From an uncultured delta proteobacterium (GTDB lineage Bacteria; Desulfobacterota; Binatia; DP-6): a stretch of DNA of 64,000 bases. The notes below the pieces were generated by a model, which saw nothing but the letters and a program-made list of their open reading frames with translations, was not told the origin of the DNA and did no database searches. Both the position numbers and the translations under genes were made by a program. Where the stretch lies: assembly GCA_963815115.1 (NCBI GenBank), contig CAWFFN010000009.1, positions 1,088,001 to 1,152,000 of the forward strand, in the 5' to 3' direction. The stretch's first letter is position 1. The number at the start of each line of letters is the position of its first letter. This document shows, one piece after another, positions 20,902-31,472 of the stretch.

Positions 20902-22218
20902 ATGGCGATGAGACTCGTGGCCGCCGCCATGGCGGTGGCGCTGCTCGGATTCGCAGGGCCCGGTGTGCGTGCGGAGCTGGCGCCGGGGACGACGCTCGAT
21001 CAGTCGAACGCCGACCAGGCGAGCGGCCTGCTGCCACCGGAGATCCAGAAGCACTACAAGGCCGGCGACTACATCAATCCCATCGTCGATTTTCCGACCG
21101 GCAGGTTCCGCTGGGACGACGGATTCGATGCCGCGACTCGCCAGAACGGGGAGCGCATCATCCTCGACGAGCACAAGCAGCCGGTCGACAAGACGACGAT
21201 GAAGCGGCCGGACTACCTCACCGGCATCCCGTTCCCGGACATCCGCGAGGACGATCCCGACGGCGGCTACAAGGTGCTGTGGAACCTGGCGTACGCCTAC
21301 TACGCGGGCGGGAACAGCCGCAACTGGACCATCCTCAACTGGCTCAGCCGCACCGGGGTGCAGCGAGCCGCGGTCCAGGACGTCTACTTCCTGTACTACG
21401 ACGGCCAGCCGAAGCAGTACACGCCGAAGGCCAATCCCGAAAACATGCTCTTCCAGTTCCTCGCCGTCACCGCGACGCCGGCGGACATCCAGGGCACCGC
21501 CGCCCTCGGCTATCGCTACAAGGATCCGTCGAAGCGCGACCTCAGCTGGGCCTATGTCCCGGCTCTGCGGCGGGTGCGCGCCGTATCACCCGCGAACCGC
21601 TCCGACGGCTTCCTCGGATCCGACCAGAGCCAGGACGACGGCTTCTTCTTCGACGGCAAGCCGGAGGACTTCAACTGGAAGATCACCGGTCACAAGGACC
21701 AGCTGCGCTTGATGGACCCGTTCAGCATCACGGGCAAGGTCGAGCGCAAGCCGCTCCCCGGCGGTGGCTGGCGGACCGTGCTCTACAACAACGACAAGAG
21801 CGTCGGCTACATGGTGAAGGACTGGAAGGGCATCGCCTGGGCGCCGGCGAGCGCGGGTCTGGCGAAGCGGAAATTCTGGGTGCTCGAGGGCGTACCGAAG
21901 GACAAGTACTACCTCTACGGCAAGATCGAGCTGTGGGTCGACGACGAGACCTGGCAGGGCGCGTGGAATCGCAAGTTCTCCTGGCAGGGGGATCTCCTCA
22001 ACGTCTACCAGGTGATGGGCTTCGCCAGTCACGACTTCGATTCCAAGGAGCGCTGGTACGGCGCGACCATGGCGTACCAGGGCTCCGAGAGCATCAAGGC
22101 CGACCGCGCGACCGTCTCCGGCATGAACGGTCCCGGCGCGGATCCGGCGAACGATCGGCGCTTTCCGCTCGAGCCGAGCTTCTTCGACTACCAGACGCTG
22201 AATCGGTTCGGGAAGTAG
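20902..22218 (+). CDS. DUF1329 family periplasmic protein
   Basis: Signal peptide; GIPFP, P-DIQGTA, WAYVPALRRVR, YLYGKIELWVD motifs. Confidence 0.9.
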   Translation: MAMRLVAAAMAVALLGFAGPGVRAELAPGTTLDQSNADQASGLLPPEIQKHYKAGDYINPIVDFPTGRFRWDDGFDAATRQNGERIILDEHKQPVDKTTMKRPDYLTGIPFPDIREDDPDGGYKVLWNLAYAYYAGGNSRNWTILNWLSRTGVQRAAVQDVYFLYYDGQPKQYTPKANPENMLFQFLAVTATPADIQGTAALGYRYKDPSKRDLSWAYVPALRRVRAVSPANRSDGFLGSDQSQDDGFFFDGKPEDFNWKITGHKDQLRLMDPFSITGKVERKPLPGGGWRTVLYNNDKSVGYMVKDWKGIAWAPASAGLAKRKFWVLEGVPKDKYYLYGKIELWVDDETWQGAWNRKFSWQGDLLNVYQVMGFASHDFDSKERWYGATMAYQGSESIKADRATVSGMNGPGADPANDRRFPLEPSFFDYQTLNRFGK

Positions 22219-22377
22219 CCGCAGCCGCCACGTCGACTTGGCATGTCCGGGCGCGGGCAGCGCGCCGCTCCGCGGTGAGCCTCGGCGCGTAACTTTGGTG
22301 CGCTCGACGCGAACTTCCAACTATCGGGAGCGTCGACCTGCGCGCTGCGCGGTCGGGTCCCGACGAAGGGAGTGTGC

Positions 22378-23476
22378 ATGTCGAAGCGATTGATGTCCGC
22401 GCTGTCCATCCTGATTCCGCTGGGCGTCGCGCCGATCCTGGCCGCGAACCCGTATGGCATGGGAGGTTCCGGGGGAGGCTCCACCATGCCGGTCGCCGCG
22501 AAGGCGCCGTCGAGCCCCTACACGGTCACGAATCTGGTGTCCGATCAGCCCGGCGCCGCGCAGCCCGATCCCCACCTCGTGAATGCGTGGGGCCTCGTCG
22601 CGGGCCCGGCCACGCCCTGGTGGACCGCCAACAACACCACCAACACGTCCACGCTCTACACCGGGACCGGCAGCGTGCTCCCGCTCGTCGTCACCGTGCC
22701 CGGCGCTCCCACCGGGATCGTATTCAACGGCGGCTCCCAGTTTGCCCTGGCATCGGGCCCCGCGGCCTTCCTGTTCTCGACCGAGGACGGCATCGTCAGC
22801 GGCTGGAACCCGTCGACCGGCACCGGCGTGGCGACGGTGGCCGACCGCTCCGGTGTGGGTGCGATCTACAAGGGCCTCGCCATCGCCTCGACGCCCTCCG
22901 GCGACTTCCTCTACGCCACCGACTTCCACAACGGCCGCGTCGACGTCTTCGATGGCAGGCTTCAACCTCGTGACCGGCGCCGGCGCGTTCGTCGACAAGA
23001 AGATCCCGAAGCGCTTCGCGCCGTTCGGCATCCAGACCATCAACGGGACGGTGTTCGTCAGCTACGCCAAGCAGGACAAGGACAAGGAAGACGACGCCCC
23101 GGGCGCCGGGCTCGGCTTCGTCGACATGTTCGACACCGGCGGCAACCTGATGGGACGCGTCGCCAGCAAGGGAGCGCTCAACGCGCCGTGGGGCCTGGCG
23201 ATGGCGCCGGCGAGCTTCGGCGACTTCAGCGGGGATCTGCTGGTCGGCAACTTCGGCAACGGCAAGATCAACGCCTACGAGCAACGGCCGAACGGCCACT
23301 GGAAACTCCGCGGGCCGCTCAGGGGAACGGACGGCAAGCCGCTCAAGATCGACGGCCTGTGGGCGCTGTCGTTCGGCAACGACGGGCTCGCCGGCCCGGC
23401 GAGCTCGCTCTACTTCACCGCGGGGCCCGACGACGAATCGCACGGCCTGTTCGGCAGCATCCAGGCCAGCAGCTGA
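22378..23476 (+). CDS. TIGR03118 family secreted protein, split by one extra base at ~22958
   Basis: TNLVSD, DPHLVNAWG, PTGIVFN, GAIYKGLA, LYATDFHNG, then next frame APFGIQ, LNAPWG, LLVGNFGNG, DGLWAL, LYFTAGP, HGLFG. Confidence 0.88.
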
Positions 23477-23488
23477 ACGCGGCAGGGA

Positions 23489-23514
23489 CGCGCGGTTCGG
23501 TCGCGAACCGCGCG
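23489..23514 (+). terminator. Perfect 11-bp hairpin after the TIGR03118 gene (possible terminator)
   Basis: CGCGCGGTTCG-GTCG-CGAACCGCGCG; no clear U-tract. Confidence 0.4.
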
Positions 23515-23555
23515 CGCCTTGACGCGCGCCCCTCGCTTCCGCGACAACGTCGGCG

Positions 23556-24737
23556 ATGGATTTTCGTCCCACCCTTGCCGAGGAGCGGTTCCGCCGCGAG
23601 GTCCGCGAGTGGCTGCTCGCGAACCTGCCGGCGGGGTGGGGAGCACCGGGCCATCGCAAGCCGGAGGAGCCGGCGGAGAAGGTCGCCTTCGGCCGGATCT
23701 GGCAGCGCACGCTGCACGAGGGCGGCTGGGCCGGGCTGCACTGGCCGAAGGAGTACGGCGGCCGCGGCGCCACGCCGCTCGAGCAGTTCCTCTTCGCCGA
23801 GGAGTACGCGCGCGTGGGGGCGCCGCCGATGATCGACATCGGTGTGGGGCCGGGCCTCACCGGCCCGACGCTGATCCACCACGGCACCGAAGCCCAGAAG
23901 CAGCGCTTCCTCCCGAAGATCCTCAGCGGCGAGGAGATCTGGTGCCAGGGATTCTCCGAGCCCAACGCCGGCTCCGATCTCGCTGCCTGCCGCACCCGTG
24001 CCGAGCTGCGCGGCGACGTCTTCCACGTCACCGGCCAGAAGATCTGGACGAGCTACGCGCGCTTCGCCGACTGGTGCATCCTCGTCACGCGGACCGACTT
24101 CCAGGCCCCGAAGCACAAGGGGCTCACGTTCCTCCTGGTCGACATGAAGAGCCCCGGCATCACCATCCGACCGCTGGTCGAGATGACGGGCGTGGCCTGG
24201 TTCAACGAGGTGTTCTTCGACGACGTCCAGGTGCCGCGCGAGAACATGGTCGGCAGGCTGCACGACGGCTGGACCATCGCCATCAGCACGCTGGCGCACG
24301 AGCGCGGCGGCTCGGCGCCGCACGCGCGGATCGCCGGCGAGCTGGCGGAGATCATGGAGCTCGCGCGCGGCCGCGACGGCGTCGCACGCGACCCGCGCTG
24401 GCGCCAGCGGCTGGCGCAGTCCTACATCGAGACCGAGATCGTCCGGCTGATCGCCTACAAGCAGGTGAGCGACTTGATGCGCACCGGACACCCCGGGCCG
24501 GAAGGGTCGTACTTGAAGCTGCTGTGGAGCGAGACGGACATGCGCATGAAGGAGACGGCGATCGCGCTCGAGGGTCCCTACGCGGCGGTGGAACGTGGCG
24601 ACGCGCACGCCGTCGACGCCGGTCGCTGGCAATACGAGTACCTGTGGTCGCGCGCCGCGAGCATCTACGCCGGCACCTCCGAGGTCCAGCGCAACATCAT
24701 CGCCCAGCGCGTGCTGGGCTTGCCCCGAGGAGCGTGA
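23556..24737 (+). CDS. Acyl-CoA dehydrogenase (FadE-like)
   Basis: WPKEYGG, WCQGFSEPNAGSDLA, GQKIWTS, FNEVFFDDV, IYAGTSEVQRNII. Confidence 0.95.
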   Translation: MDFRPTLAEERFRREVREWLLANLPAGWGAPGHRKPEEPAEKVAFGRIWQRTLHEGGWAGLHWPKEYGGRGATPLEQFLFAEEYARVGAPPMIDIGVGPGLTGPTLIHHGTEAQKQRFLPKILSGEEIWCQGFSEPNAGSDLAACRTRAELRGDVFHVTGQKIWTSYARFADWCILVTRTDFQAPKHKGLTFLLVDMKSPGITIRPLVEMTGVAWFNEVFFDDVQVPRENMVGRLHDGWTIAISTLAHERGGSAPHARIAGELAEIMELARGRDGVARDPRWRQRLAQSYIETEIVRLIAYKQVSDLMRTGHPGPEGSYLKLLWSETDMRMKETAIALEGPYAAVERGDAHAVDAGRWQYEYLWSRAASIYAGTSEVQRNIIAQRVLGLPRGA

Positions 24738-25534
24738 TGAGCGGCATCGTCGACGTCTGGACGCAGTACATCGGCCCGACGCCTCCCGGCGTGAACCCAC
24801 AGGGCGAAAACGTCTTCCGCAACTACGGCATGCTCGACGTCTTCCACCAGGGCACCGACCCGGCGCGCATGGTGGAGGCCATGGACCGGCACGGGATCGC
24901 AACGGTGCTGATGGCCGGTGACAACGAGGCGGTGGCGCGGGCCCAGGAGCGCTTCCCGGGTCGCGTCTACGGCCAGTATCACGCCGACCCCACGCACATC
25001 ATGAAGGCCGTGGCCGATCTCGAGCACTTCGTTCGCCAGCGCGGCTTCGTGTGCCTCCGCATCGAGCCCTTCATGTGGAGGAAGCCGCCGACCGATCGCG
25101 TGTACTACCCGCTGTACGCCAAGGCCGCCGAGCTCGACGTCACCTTCCAGACCCAGGTCGGGCACACCGGGCCGCTCTTCCCGTCCGAGACCGGCCGCCC
25201 GCTCTACATCGACGAGGTCGCGCTCGACTTCCCGGAGCTGCGCATCGTGTGCGGCCACATCGGCTGGCCGTGGACGGAGGAGATGATCGCGGTCGCGTGG
25301 AAGCACCGCAACGTCTGGATCGACACCTCGGCGCACGTCCCGAAGCACTATCCGCCGTCGTTCGTGCATTTCATGAAGACCTTCGGCAAGGACAAGGTGT
25401 GCTTCGCGACCGACTATCCCCTGCTGCAGTGGGAGCGCGTGCTGCCGGAGGTCGAGGGGCTCGAACTTCCGCCGGAGACCCGCCAGCGCTTCCTGCACGA
25501 CAACGCACGCAAGGCCTTCAAGCTGCCCGCCTGA
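24737..25534 (+). CDS. Amidohydrolase-2 family metallohydrolase
   Basis: Start overlaps upstream stop (TGATG); YYPLYAK, QVGHTGP, FPELRIVCGHIGWPW, DTSAH, FATDYP. Confidence 0.9.
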   Translation: MSGIVDVWTQYIGPTPPGVNPQGENVFRNYGMLDVFHQGTDPARMVEAMDRHGIATVLMAGDNEAVARAQERFPGRVYGQYHADPTHIMKAVADLEHFVRQRGFVCLRIEPFMWRKPPTDRVYYPLYAKAAELDVTFQTQVGHTGPLFPSETGRPLYIDEVALDFPELRIVCGHIGWPWTEEMIAVAWKHRNVWIDTSAHVPKHYPPSFVHFMKTFGKDKVCFATDYPLLQWERVLPEVEGLELPPETRQRFLHDNARKAFKLPA

Positions 25535-25633
25535 GCTGAAAGCGCGCCCTGCCAGCGAGCTTGCCTTCCGGCGGTCGCCTCCCGTAGCTTCGAGCGCCGG
25601 CGCCCGGCGGGCGCTCACGGAGGGACACGCACG

Positions 25634-26431
25634 GTGGCCGACACGCTGATCTTCGAGGTCCGGGACGCGGTGGGGTGGGTCATTCTCAACCGTCCCGAGG
25701 CCCGCAATGCCATGAACGCCGAGATGCGCGAGGGCTACCTCGCCGCGCTCGCCCGTTGCGCCGAGGATGCCGACATCCGCGCGGTGGTGCTCACCGCTAC
25801 CGGCAAGGGTTTCTGTACCGGGGCCGATCTCTCCGGGTCGCGCGCGGCCACGGGAGCGGCCGGCCCCGCGCACCCCGGCGCGACGCGCGCCGCCATGCAG
25901 CCGAGCCAGCGCGTCATCCGCGCCCTCTGGGACCTGGAGAAGCCGGTGCTGGCGGGGGTGAACGGGGTCGCGGCGGGGCTGGGCGCCCACCTGGCCTATG
26001 CCTGCGACCTGGTGATCGCATCCGACGAGGCGCGCTTCATCGAGGTGTTCGTGCGCCGGGGCATCGCGCTCGACGCCGGCGGCGGCTTCCTGCTCCCCCG
26101 CCACCTCGGGCTGCACAAGGCGAAGGAGCTGGTGTTCTTCGGTGACGAGCTCTCCGCCGCCGACGCCGAGCAGCTCGGCCTGGTCAACAAGGTCGTGCCG
26201 GCGGCCGACCTCGAGGCGACGCTGGCGGCCTGGGCGAAGCGCCTGGCCGAGGGCCCGACATTCGCCATCGGACTCTCGAAGCGGCTGCTCAATCGCTCCC
26301 TGCAAGCGAACATGGACGCGCTCTTCGCCGAGGAGGCGTTCAGCCAGGCGCTGGCGGCCAACAGCGACGACATGCGCGAGGGCATCCGCGCGTTCATGGA
26401 GAAGCGCCCGCCGGCGTTCAAGGGCCGCTAG
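25634..26431 (+). CDS. Enoyl-CoA hydratase/isomerase
   Basis: LNRPEARNAM, FCTGADL, KPVLAGVNGVAAG, EGIRAFMEKRPP. Confidence 0.93.
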   Translation: MADTLIFEVRDAVGWVILNRPEARNAMNAEMREGYLAALARCAEDADIRAVVLTATGKGFCTGADLSGSRAATGAAGPAHPGATRAAMQPSQRVIRALWDLEKPVLAGVNGVAAGLGAHLAYACDLVIASDEARFIEVFVRRGIALDAGGGFLLPRHLGLHKAKELVFFGDELSAADAEQLGLVNKVVPAADLEATLAAWAKRLAEGPTFAIGLSKRLLNRSLQANMDALFAEEAFSQALAANSDDMREGIRAFMEKRPPAFKGR

Positions 26432-26547
26432 CGCAGATGGCAAGGCCGGCGCCATGCGAGTCCGGATGATCTTGACGCCGTACCATTCGTGAGCGAAAAG
26501 ACTGTCGCGAGCTCCGGACGCGGCCCGGACCTCGCGATGGAGGTAGC

Positions 26548-26775
26548 ATGTCAGTCAGATCGTTCGCTTGGATTCGTCGCGTCGCATCGGCCGCGTTGTT
26601 CTCCTCGGTCGTTCTCGGAGCCAGCAGTCAGGCGCTGGCGTGGTGGCCCTGGTGGTGGGACTGGCGTCCGGTCGCGCGCCAGACGCCCGAGATCGACCCG
26701 AGCCTGATCGGGAGCGCCGCGGCGATCGTCGTCGGCGGGCTCCTCGTGCTGCGGGGCCGGCGCCGCTCGAACTGA
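26548..26775 (+). CDS. VPEID-CTERM sorting-domain micro-protein (Trp-rich cargo)
   Basis: RBS GGAGG; signal peptide ending QALA; WWPWWWDWRPVARQ; TPEID + TM helix + RGRRR; directly upstream of an exosortase. Confidence 0.85.
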   Translation: MSVRSFAWIRRVASAALFSSVVLGASSQALAWWPWWWDWRPVARQTPEIDPSLIGSAAAIVVGGLLVLRGRRRSN

Positions 26776-26806
26776 TTCATCCCGGCGACGCCGGGATGCC
26801 GTCGTG

Positions 26807-28447
26807 ATGTCCGCTGTCGGCTCGACGGCGCTCGTGCCGGACAGGTCACCCGCGCGACTGTCCGGGCGGACGGTCGTCTGGATCGCGACCGTCGGTCTGC
26901 TGCCGCTCGTCGAGCTGGCGCTCTTGAGCGCCTGCTTCGATGCCAGTGCGCTCGGCGCGCGAGGGGGATGGCTTGCGCATGCGATCGGGGATTCGGGCAC
27001 CCTGGTTCGCGCGGCGGTCCCCGTGCTCGCTGCCGCGCTGCTCGTCGCTGCCGCGCGGCTGCCGTCGCTGCGGCCTGCTCTCCGCGCGGCATACGGCGCG
27101 AGCCCGCGTCCCTGGGACGCGTTGCTGGGCCACCTCGCGCTCTTCGGAGTCGTCGTCTGGCTGAGCACCGCCGTCTTCGGGGAGGGCCGACCGGGCGCAA
27201 CCGTCCTGATCGCGTGGCTGCTCGCATGCGTCACCGCGGCGGCGCTCTGGTTCGCCGCCCTGATCCCCGGCGTGGCGAGCGGCGGCGCGCCGTCGCTGCT
27301 CGGTGGTACGCTCGTTGCCGGCGCGGGACTCGGCCTGCTCGCCGCCGGCGCCGCTTCCGTGACCCGCGACTGGTGGCAGCCGCTCGGCCGGTCGACGCTC
27401 TGGCTGGTCGCAGCGATGCTCCGCGCCTCCGGGCTCGAGGTCGGAAGCGATCCCGCGCAGTTCCTGGTCGGAACGCCGACGTTCGTCGTCGAGATCACCG
27501 AGTTCTGCTCCGGCTATCAGGGCATCGGCCTGATGTGGACATTCCTGGGGGCGTATCTTTGGCTCTTCCGGACCCGGCTCCGCTTTCCCCGCGCGCTCTG
27601 GCTGCTGCCGCTCGGCACGGTGCTGGCGTGGGTCCTCAACGCATTCCGGATCGCCGCCCTGGTCGTGATCGGAAGCAATGGTCACGAGGATATCGCCGTC
27701 GGCGGCTTCCACTACCACGCCGGGACGCTGCTCTTCTGTGCGGCCGCGCTCGGCCTCGCCTCCTGGGCAGGGTCGTCGCGCACCTTCTGCACGGACGTCG
27801 AGCCGGAGCGACGGTACGAGAACCCGACTGCCGCATACGTGATGCCGTTCGTCGCGCTCCTCGCGACGTCGCTGCTGACGGGCGCTGCGTCTCGTGGCGG
27901 CTTCGACCTTCTCTATGGTGCGCGCGTGGTGGTCGCCGCGGGCGTCGTGTGGCACTTCCGCGAGCGCCTCGCGACGGCCGGCTGGCGCCCATCGTGGGCG
28001 GGAGCCTGCCTCGGCGTCGCCGCCTTCGCGATCTGGCTGCTGCTCGCGGGAACTGGCGAGCCTGGCGGCGCGCTCGCGGACGGCCTCTCGGGTCTCGATC
28101 CGTTGACCCGCGGACTCTGGCTGGCGCTCCGTCTCGTGGGTTCGATCGCCGTCGTCCCGCTCGTCGAGGAGCTCGCGTTTCGCGGATATCTCGCCCGCCG
28201 GCTCACCTCGGTCGACTTCGAGACCGTGCCGCTGAGCCGGGTCGGCTGGCTCGCGCTGCTCGGCTCGGCGCTCCTCTTCGGCCTGCTGCACCGCGCGGTC
28301 CTGGCCGGCACCGCCGCCGGTGTCGTCTACGGGCTGGCGGCTCGCCGCCGCGGCCGCATCGGCGACGCCGTGGTCGCCCACGCGGTCACCAACGCGTTGC
28401 TCGCAAGCACGGTTCTCGCCACCGGACGCTGGACTCTCTGGCAGTGA
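26807..28447 (+). CDS. xrtE: Exosortase E / CAAX (Abi) protease fusion, VPEID-CTERM system
   Basis: Exosortase triad motifs EFCSG, NAFRI, GFHYHAG; Abi motifs EELAFRG, FGLLH, HAVTN; adjacent PEID cargo. Confidence 0.88.
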   Translation: MSAVGSTALVPDRSPARLSGRTVVWIATVGLLPLVELALLSACFDASALGARGGWLAHAIGDSGTLVRAAVPVLAAALLVAAARLPSLRPALRAAYGASPRPWDALLGHLALFGVVVWLSTAVFGEGRPGATVLIAWLLACVTAAALWFAALIPGVASGGAPSLLGGTLVAGAGLGLLAAGAASVTRDWWQPLGRSTLWLVAAMLRASGLEVGSDPAQFLVGTPTFVVEITEFCSGYQGIGLMWTFLGAYLWLFRTRLRFPRALWLLPLGTVLAWVLNAFRIAALVVIGSNGHEDIAVGGFHYHAGTLLFCAAALGLASWAGSSRTFCTDVEPERRYENPTAAYVMPFVALLATSLLTGAASRGGFDLLYGARVVVAAGVVWHFRERLATAGWRPSWAGACLGVAAFAIWLLLAGTGEPGGALADGLSGLDPLTRGLWLALRLVGSIAVVPLVEELAFRGYLARRLTSVDFETVPLSRVGWLALLGSALLFGLLHRAVLAGTAAGVVYGLAARRRGRIGDAVVAHAVTNALLASTVLATGRWTLWQ

Positions 28448-28453
28448 CCCCGG

Positions 28454-29050
28454 TCACCCGGCCGGTGCGGCGACGCGGCCGCCGTGGTCGGGCAGGTCGA
28501 GCCACGCGCGCAGCACGCGGTCGTCGCCGGCGAGCTCGGGGTGGAACGTCGCCGCCCAGATCGGCCCCTCGCGCACCAGCACCGGATCGCCTCCCTCGCG
28601 CGCGAGCACCGTGACGCCGGGGCCGACGCGGCGGATGCGGGGTGCGCGGATGAACACGCCGAGGGTTCCCGCGAGCGGACCCGCGCCGTCGAGCGGCGCC
28701 GCGAACGAGTCGATCTGCGTGCCGTAGGCATTGCGCTCGACGTCGATGTCGAGCGCGCCGAAGGAGCGTTGCGGCGGATTCAGCACCCGGCGCGCGAGCA
28801 GGATGGCCCCGGCGCAGGTGCCGAGGACCGGACGCCCCGAGCGCAGGAACGCGGTGAGCGGCTCCTCGAGGCCGTCGCGGTCGATGCCGCGCAGCATGGC
28901 GGTCGATTCGCCGCCCGGGAGGACGAGCCCGTCCGCCGCGTCGAGATCGCCCGGCTTGCGGACGGCGACGGTGGCGGCGCCGAGGCGTCCGAGCGCGCGC
29001 CGGTGCGCCGCGAAATCGCCCTGCAGCGCGAGTACGCCGATCGTCACCAT
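28454..29050 (-). CDS. pdxT: PLP synthase glutaminase subunit
   Basis: [43 protein letters not shown]; overlaps the pdxS stop. Confidence 0.95.
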   Translation of the reverse strand: MVTIGVLALQGDFAAHRRALGRLGAATVAVRKPGDLDAADGLVLPGGESTAMLRGIDRDGLEEPLTAFLRSGRPVLGTCAGAILLARRVLNPPQRSFGALDIDVERNAYGTQIDSFAAPLDGAGPLAGTLGVFIRAPRIRRVGPGVTVLAREGGDPVLVREGPIWAATFHPELAGDDRVLRAWLDLPDHGGRVAAPAG

Positions 29051-29925
29051 CCGCGTCCGGCCAGCCGCGCCACCTCCGGGATCGCCTCCATGGCCAGTCC
29101 CGGCATCGGCTTGCCGAGCCCGCGCGACGCGGCCAGCACCTCCGCCGCATCCTGCCAGTGGGTCGTCGCGTGCACGATGGCCCGCGCGCGTGCCGCGGGG
29201 TCGTCCGACTTGAACACCCCGGAGCCGACGAACACGGATTCGGCGCCGAGCGCCATGCAGAGGGCGGCATCGGAGGGCGTGGCGACGCCGCCGGCGGCGA
29301 ACAGCGGCACCGGCAGCCGCCCGGCGCCCGCGACCTCGACCACGAGCTCGTAGGGCGCGCCGAGCTGCTTGGCGTGGGTCATGCGCTCCTCGGGCGCGGC
29401 CGTGACCAGGGCCTGCATCTCGCGACGGATCTGGCGCAGGTGGCGGACCGCCTCCACGATGTTGCCGCTTCCGGCCTCGCCCTTGCTCCGGATCATCGCG
29501 GCTCCCTCGCCGATGCGGCGGAGCGCCTCGCCGAGCCCGCGCGCGCCACACACGAACGGCACCCGGAAGGCGTGCTTGTCGATGTGGTACTCGTCGTCCG
29601 CCGGGGTGAGGACCTCGCTCTCGTCGACGAAGTCGACACCGAGCTGCTCGAGCACCCGGGCCTCCACCAGGTGTCCGATGCGGCACTTCGCCATCACCGG
29701 GATCGACACCGCCGCGCGCACCTCCTCGATGCGCTCGACCGCCGCCATGCGGGCCACCCCGCCTTCGCTGCGGATGTCGGCCGGCACCCGCTCGAGCGCC
29801 ATGACCGCCGCCGCGCCGGCGTCCTCGGCGATGCGCGCCTGGTCGGCGGATGTGACGTCGAGGATGACGCCGCCCTTCAACATCTCGGCCAGCGCGGTCT
29901 TCAGGTGCTGGGTCTCATCGGTCAT
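29044..29925 (-). CDS. pdxS: PLP synthase lyase subunit
   Basis: [55 protein letters not shown]. Confidence 0.97.
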   Translation of the reverse strand: MTDETQHLKTALAEMLKGGVILDVTSADQARIAEDAGAAAVMALERVPADIRSEGGVARMAAVERIEEVRAAVSIPVMAKCRIGHLVEARVLEQLGVDFVDESEVLTPADDEYHIDKHAFRVPFVCGARGLGEALRRIGEGAAMIRSKGEAGSGNIVEAVRHLRQIRREMQALVTAAPEERMTHAKQLGAPYELVVEVAGAGRLPVPLFAAGGVATPSDAALCMALGAESVFVGSGVFKSDDPAARARAIVHATTHWQDAAEVLAASRGLGKPMPGLAMEAIPEVARLAGRGW

Positions 29926-29943
29926 GACGGAGCCTCCTTCGGG

Positions 29944-31452
29944 TCAGACGTGGATACCGGCGCGCTCGACGCCGGCCGGGCGCGGCCGGCGCAGCCGGGG
30001 CAGCGCGGCGCGCGCCGCCTCGCCGAGGGCGCGGACCGCTCGCTCGATCTGCTCGGGCGCCGCCGCCCCGACCACCAGCCGCAGGGACGACGAGCGGCGC
30101 CGGTCGGGGAAGAACAGCATCCCCGGCGAGTAGACGACCCCGCGCCGCTTGGCCTCGGGCAGGAGCGCCATGGCGTCGAGCGGCTCGGGGAGCGTCACCC
30201 ACACCGCCAGGCCGCCGTCCGGTCGCGTGACGACGGTGCCGCGCGGGAGATGGCGCTCGAGCGCCGCGGCGGCGCGGGCGTGACGGGTCTCCAGCTCGCG
30301 GACCATGCGGCGCAGGTGGCGGTCGTAGCCGCCGGCGCGGCAGAAGCACGCCACCGCGGCCTGCGCGAGCGGGCTCGACGCCAGGTCCATGGCGCGCTTG
30401 AGGGCGGTCGCGGCGTCGGCCACGGCCGGCGCCGCCACCAGCCAGCCCACGCGTGGTCCGGGGAACAGCGCCTTCGAGAAGGTGCCGACGTACGTCACCT
30501 GTCCGCTGCGATCGAGCGCGCGGAGCGAGGGGACGTCGCGGCCGCGGAAGCGGAGGTCTTTCTGGAACTCGTCCTCGAGCACGGGCACGCCGTGGCGGGA
30601 CACGATGGCGAGGAGCCGCCGGCGATGCTCGAGCGTGGTGGTGACGCCGGTCGGATTCTGGAAGGTCGGCATCGTGCAGACCAGGCGCACGCCGCCGCCC
30701 GCGAGCACGCGGTCGAGCGCGTCGAGGTCGAGGCCGTCGGCGGCCAGCGGCACGGGAACGGGGCGGAGGCCGAGCGAGACGAGCGTGGCGAGGAGCCCGG
30801 GATAGGTGGGCGACTCGACCGCGACGGCATCCCCGGGATCGCAGAAGGCGCGAGCCGCGAGCGCCAGCGCCTGGGTCGATCCGCCCGTCACCAGCACCTC
30901 GTCGGGATCCGCTTCGATGCCCGCGTGGGCCAGGCGTTCCACCAGCACGAGGCGCATGTCCTCGTGGCCGCGTGGATCGCCGTAGTCGAGCAGCGCGGTT
31001 CCCTCGTCGCGCAGGGCGGACTCCAGCGCGCGGCGGTAGCCGTCGAGCGGGTAGAGCGCTGGATCGGGAACCAGGCGCTCGAGGCGGACGGCACCGGGCG
31101 GGGCGGCGTAGTCGAGCGCGGGCAGCGAGGAGGCGGCGGCCGCCCCTCGTGACAGCGCGGGTGCGAAGCGGTCCTCGCGATGGTCGTCGCCGCCGGCCGA
31201 CCGTCGCCGCGCCGGCGCGAGCGCGAAGGTGCCGCGCCCCACGCCGGACTCGGCGAGGCCGAGCTCGCCGAGCTGGCGATAGGCGCCGGCCACCGTCTCG
31301 CGGTTGACGCCGAGGGCTCGCGCGAGGTCGCGGATGGCCGGCAGGCGTGCGCCCGGCGGGACGCGGCCGGCTTCGATGCTGCGCCGCAGGTAGTCGACGA
31401 GCTGGCGATGGACCGGCGGCGAGCCGGGCCGGCGCTCCAGCGGGATGATCAC
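29944..31452 (-). CDS. pdxR: MocR/GabR-family regulator (GntR HTH + PLP aminotransferase domain), probable PdxR
   Basis: LPAIRDLARALGVNRETV...GRGTF; FQNPTG, GTFSKALFPG; directly upstream of pdxS-pdxT. Confidence 0.8.
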   Translation of the reverse strand: MIIPLERRPGSPPVHRQLVDYLRRSIEAGRVPPGARLPAIRDLARALGVNRETVAGAYRQLGELGLAESGVGRGTFALAPARRRSAGGDDHREDRFAPALSRGAAAASSLPALDYAAPPGAVRLERLVPDPALYPLDGYRRALESALRDEGTALLDYGDPRGHEDMRLVLVERLAHAGIEADPDEVLVTGGSTQALALAARAFCDPGDAVAVESPTYPGLLATLVSLGLRPVPVPLAADGLDLDALDRVLAGGGVRLVCTMPTFQNPTGVTTTLEHRRRLLAIVSRHGVPVLEDEFQKDLRFRGRDVPSLRALDRSGQVTYVGTFSKALFPGPRVGWLVAAPAVADAATALKRAMDLASSPLAQAAVACFCRAGGYDRHLRRMVRELETRHARAAAALERHLPRGTVVTRPDGGLAVWVTLPEPLDAMALLPEAKRRGVVYSPGMLFFPDRRRSSSLRLVVGAAAPEQIERAVRALGEAARAALPRLRRPRPAGVERAGIHV

Positions 31453-31472
31453 GCGCCGACGGTGCCCTCGAT

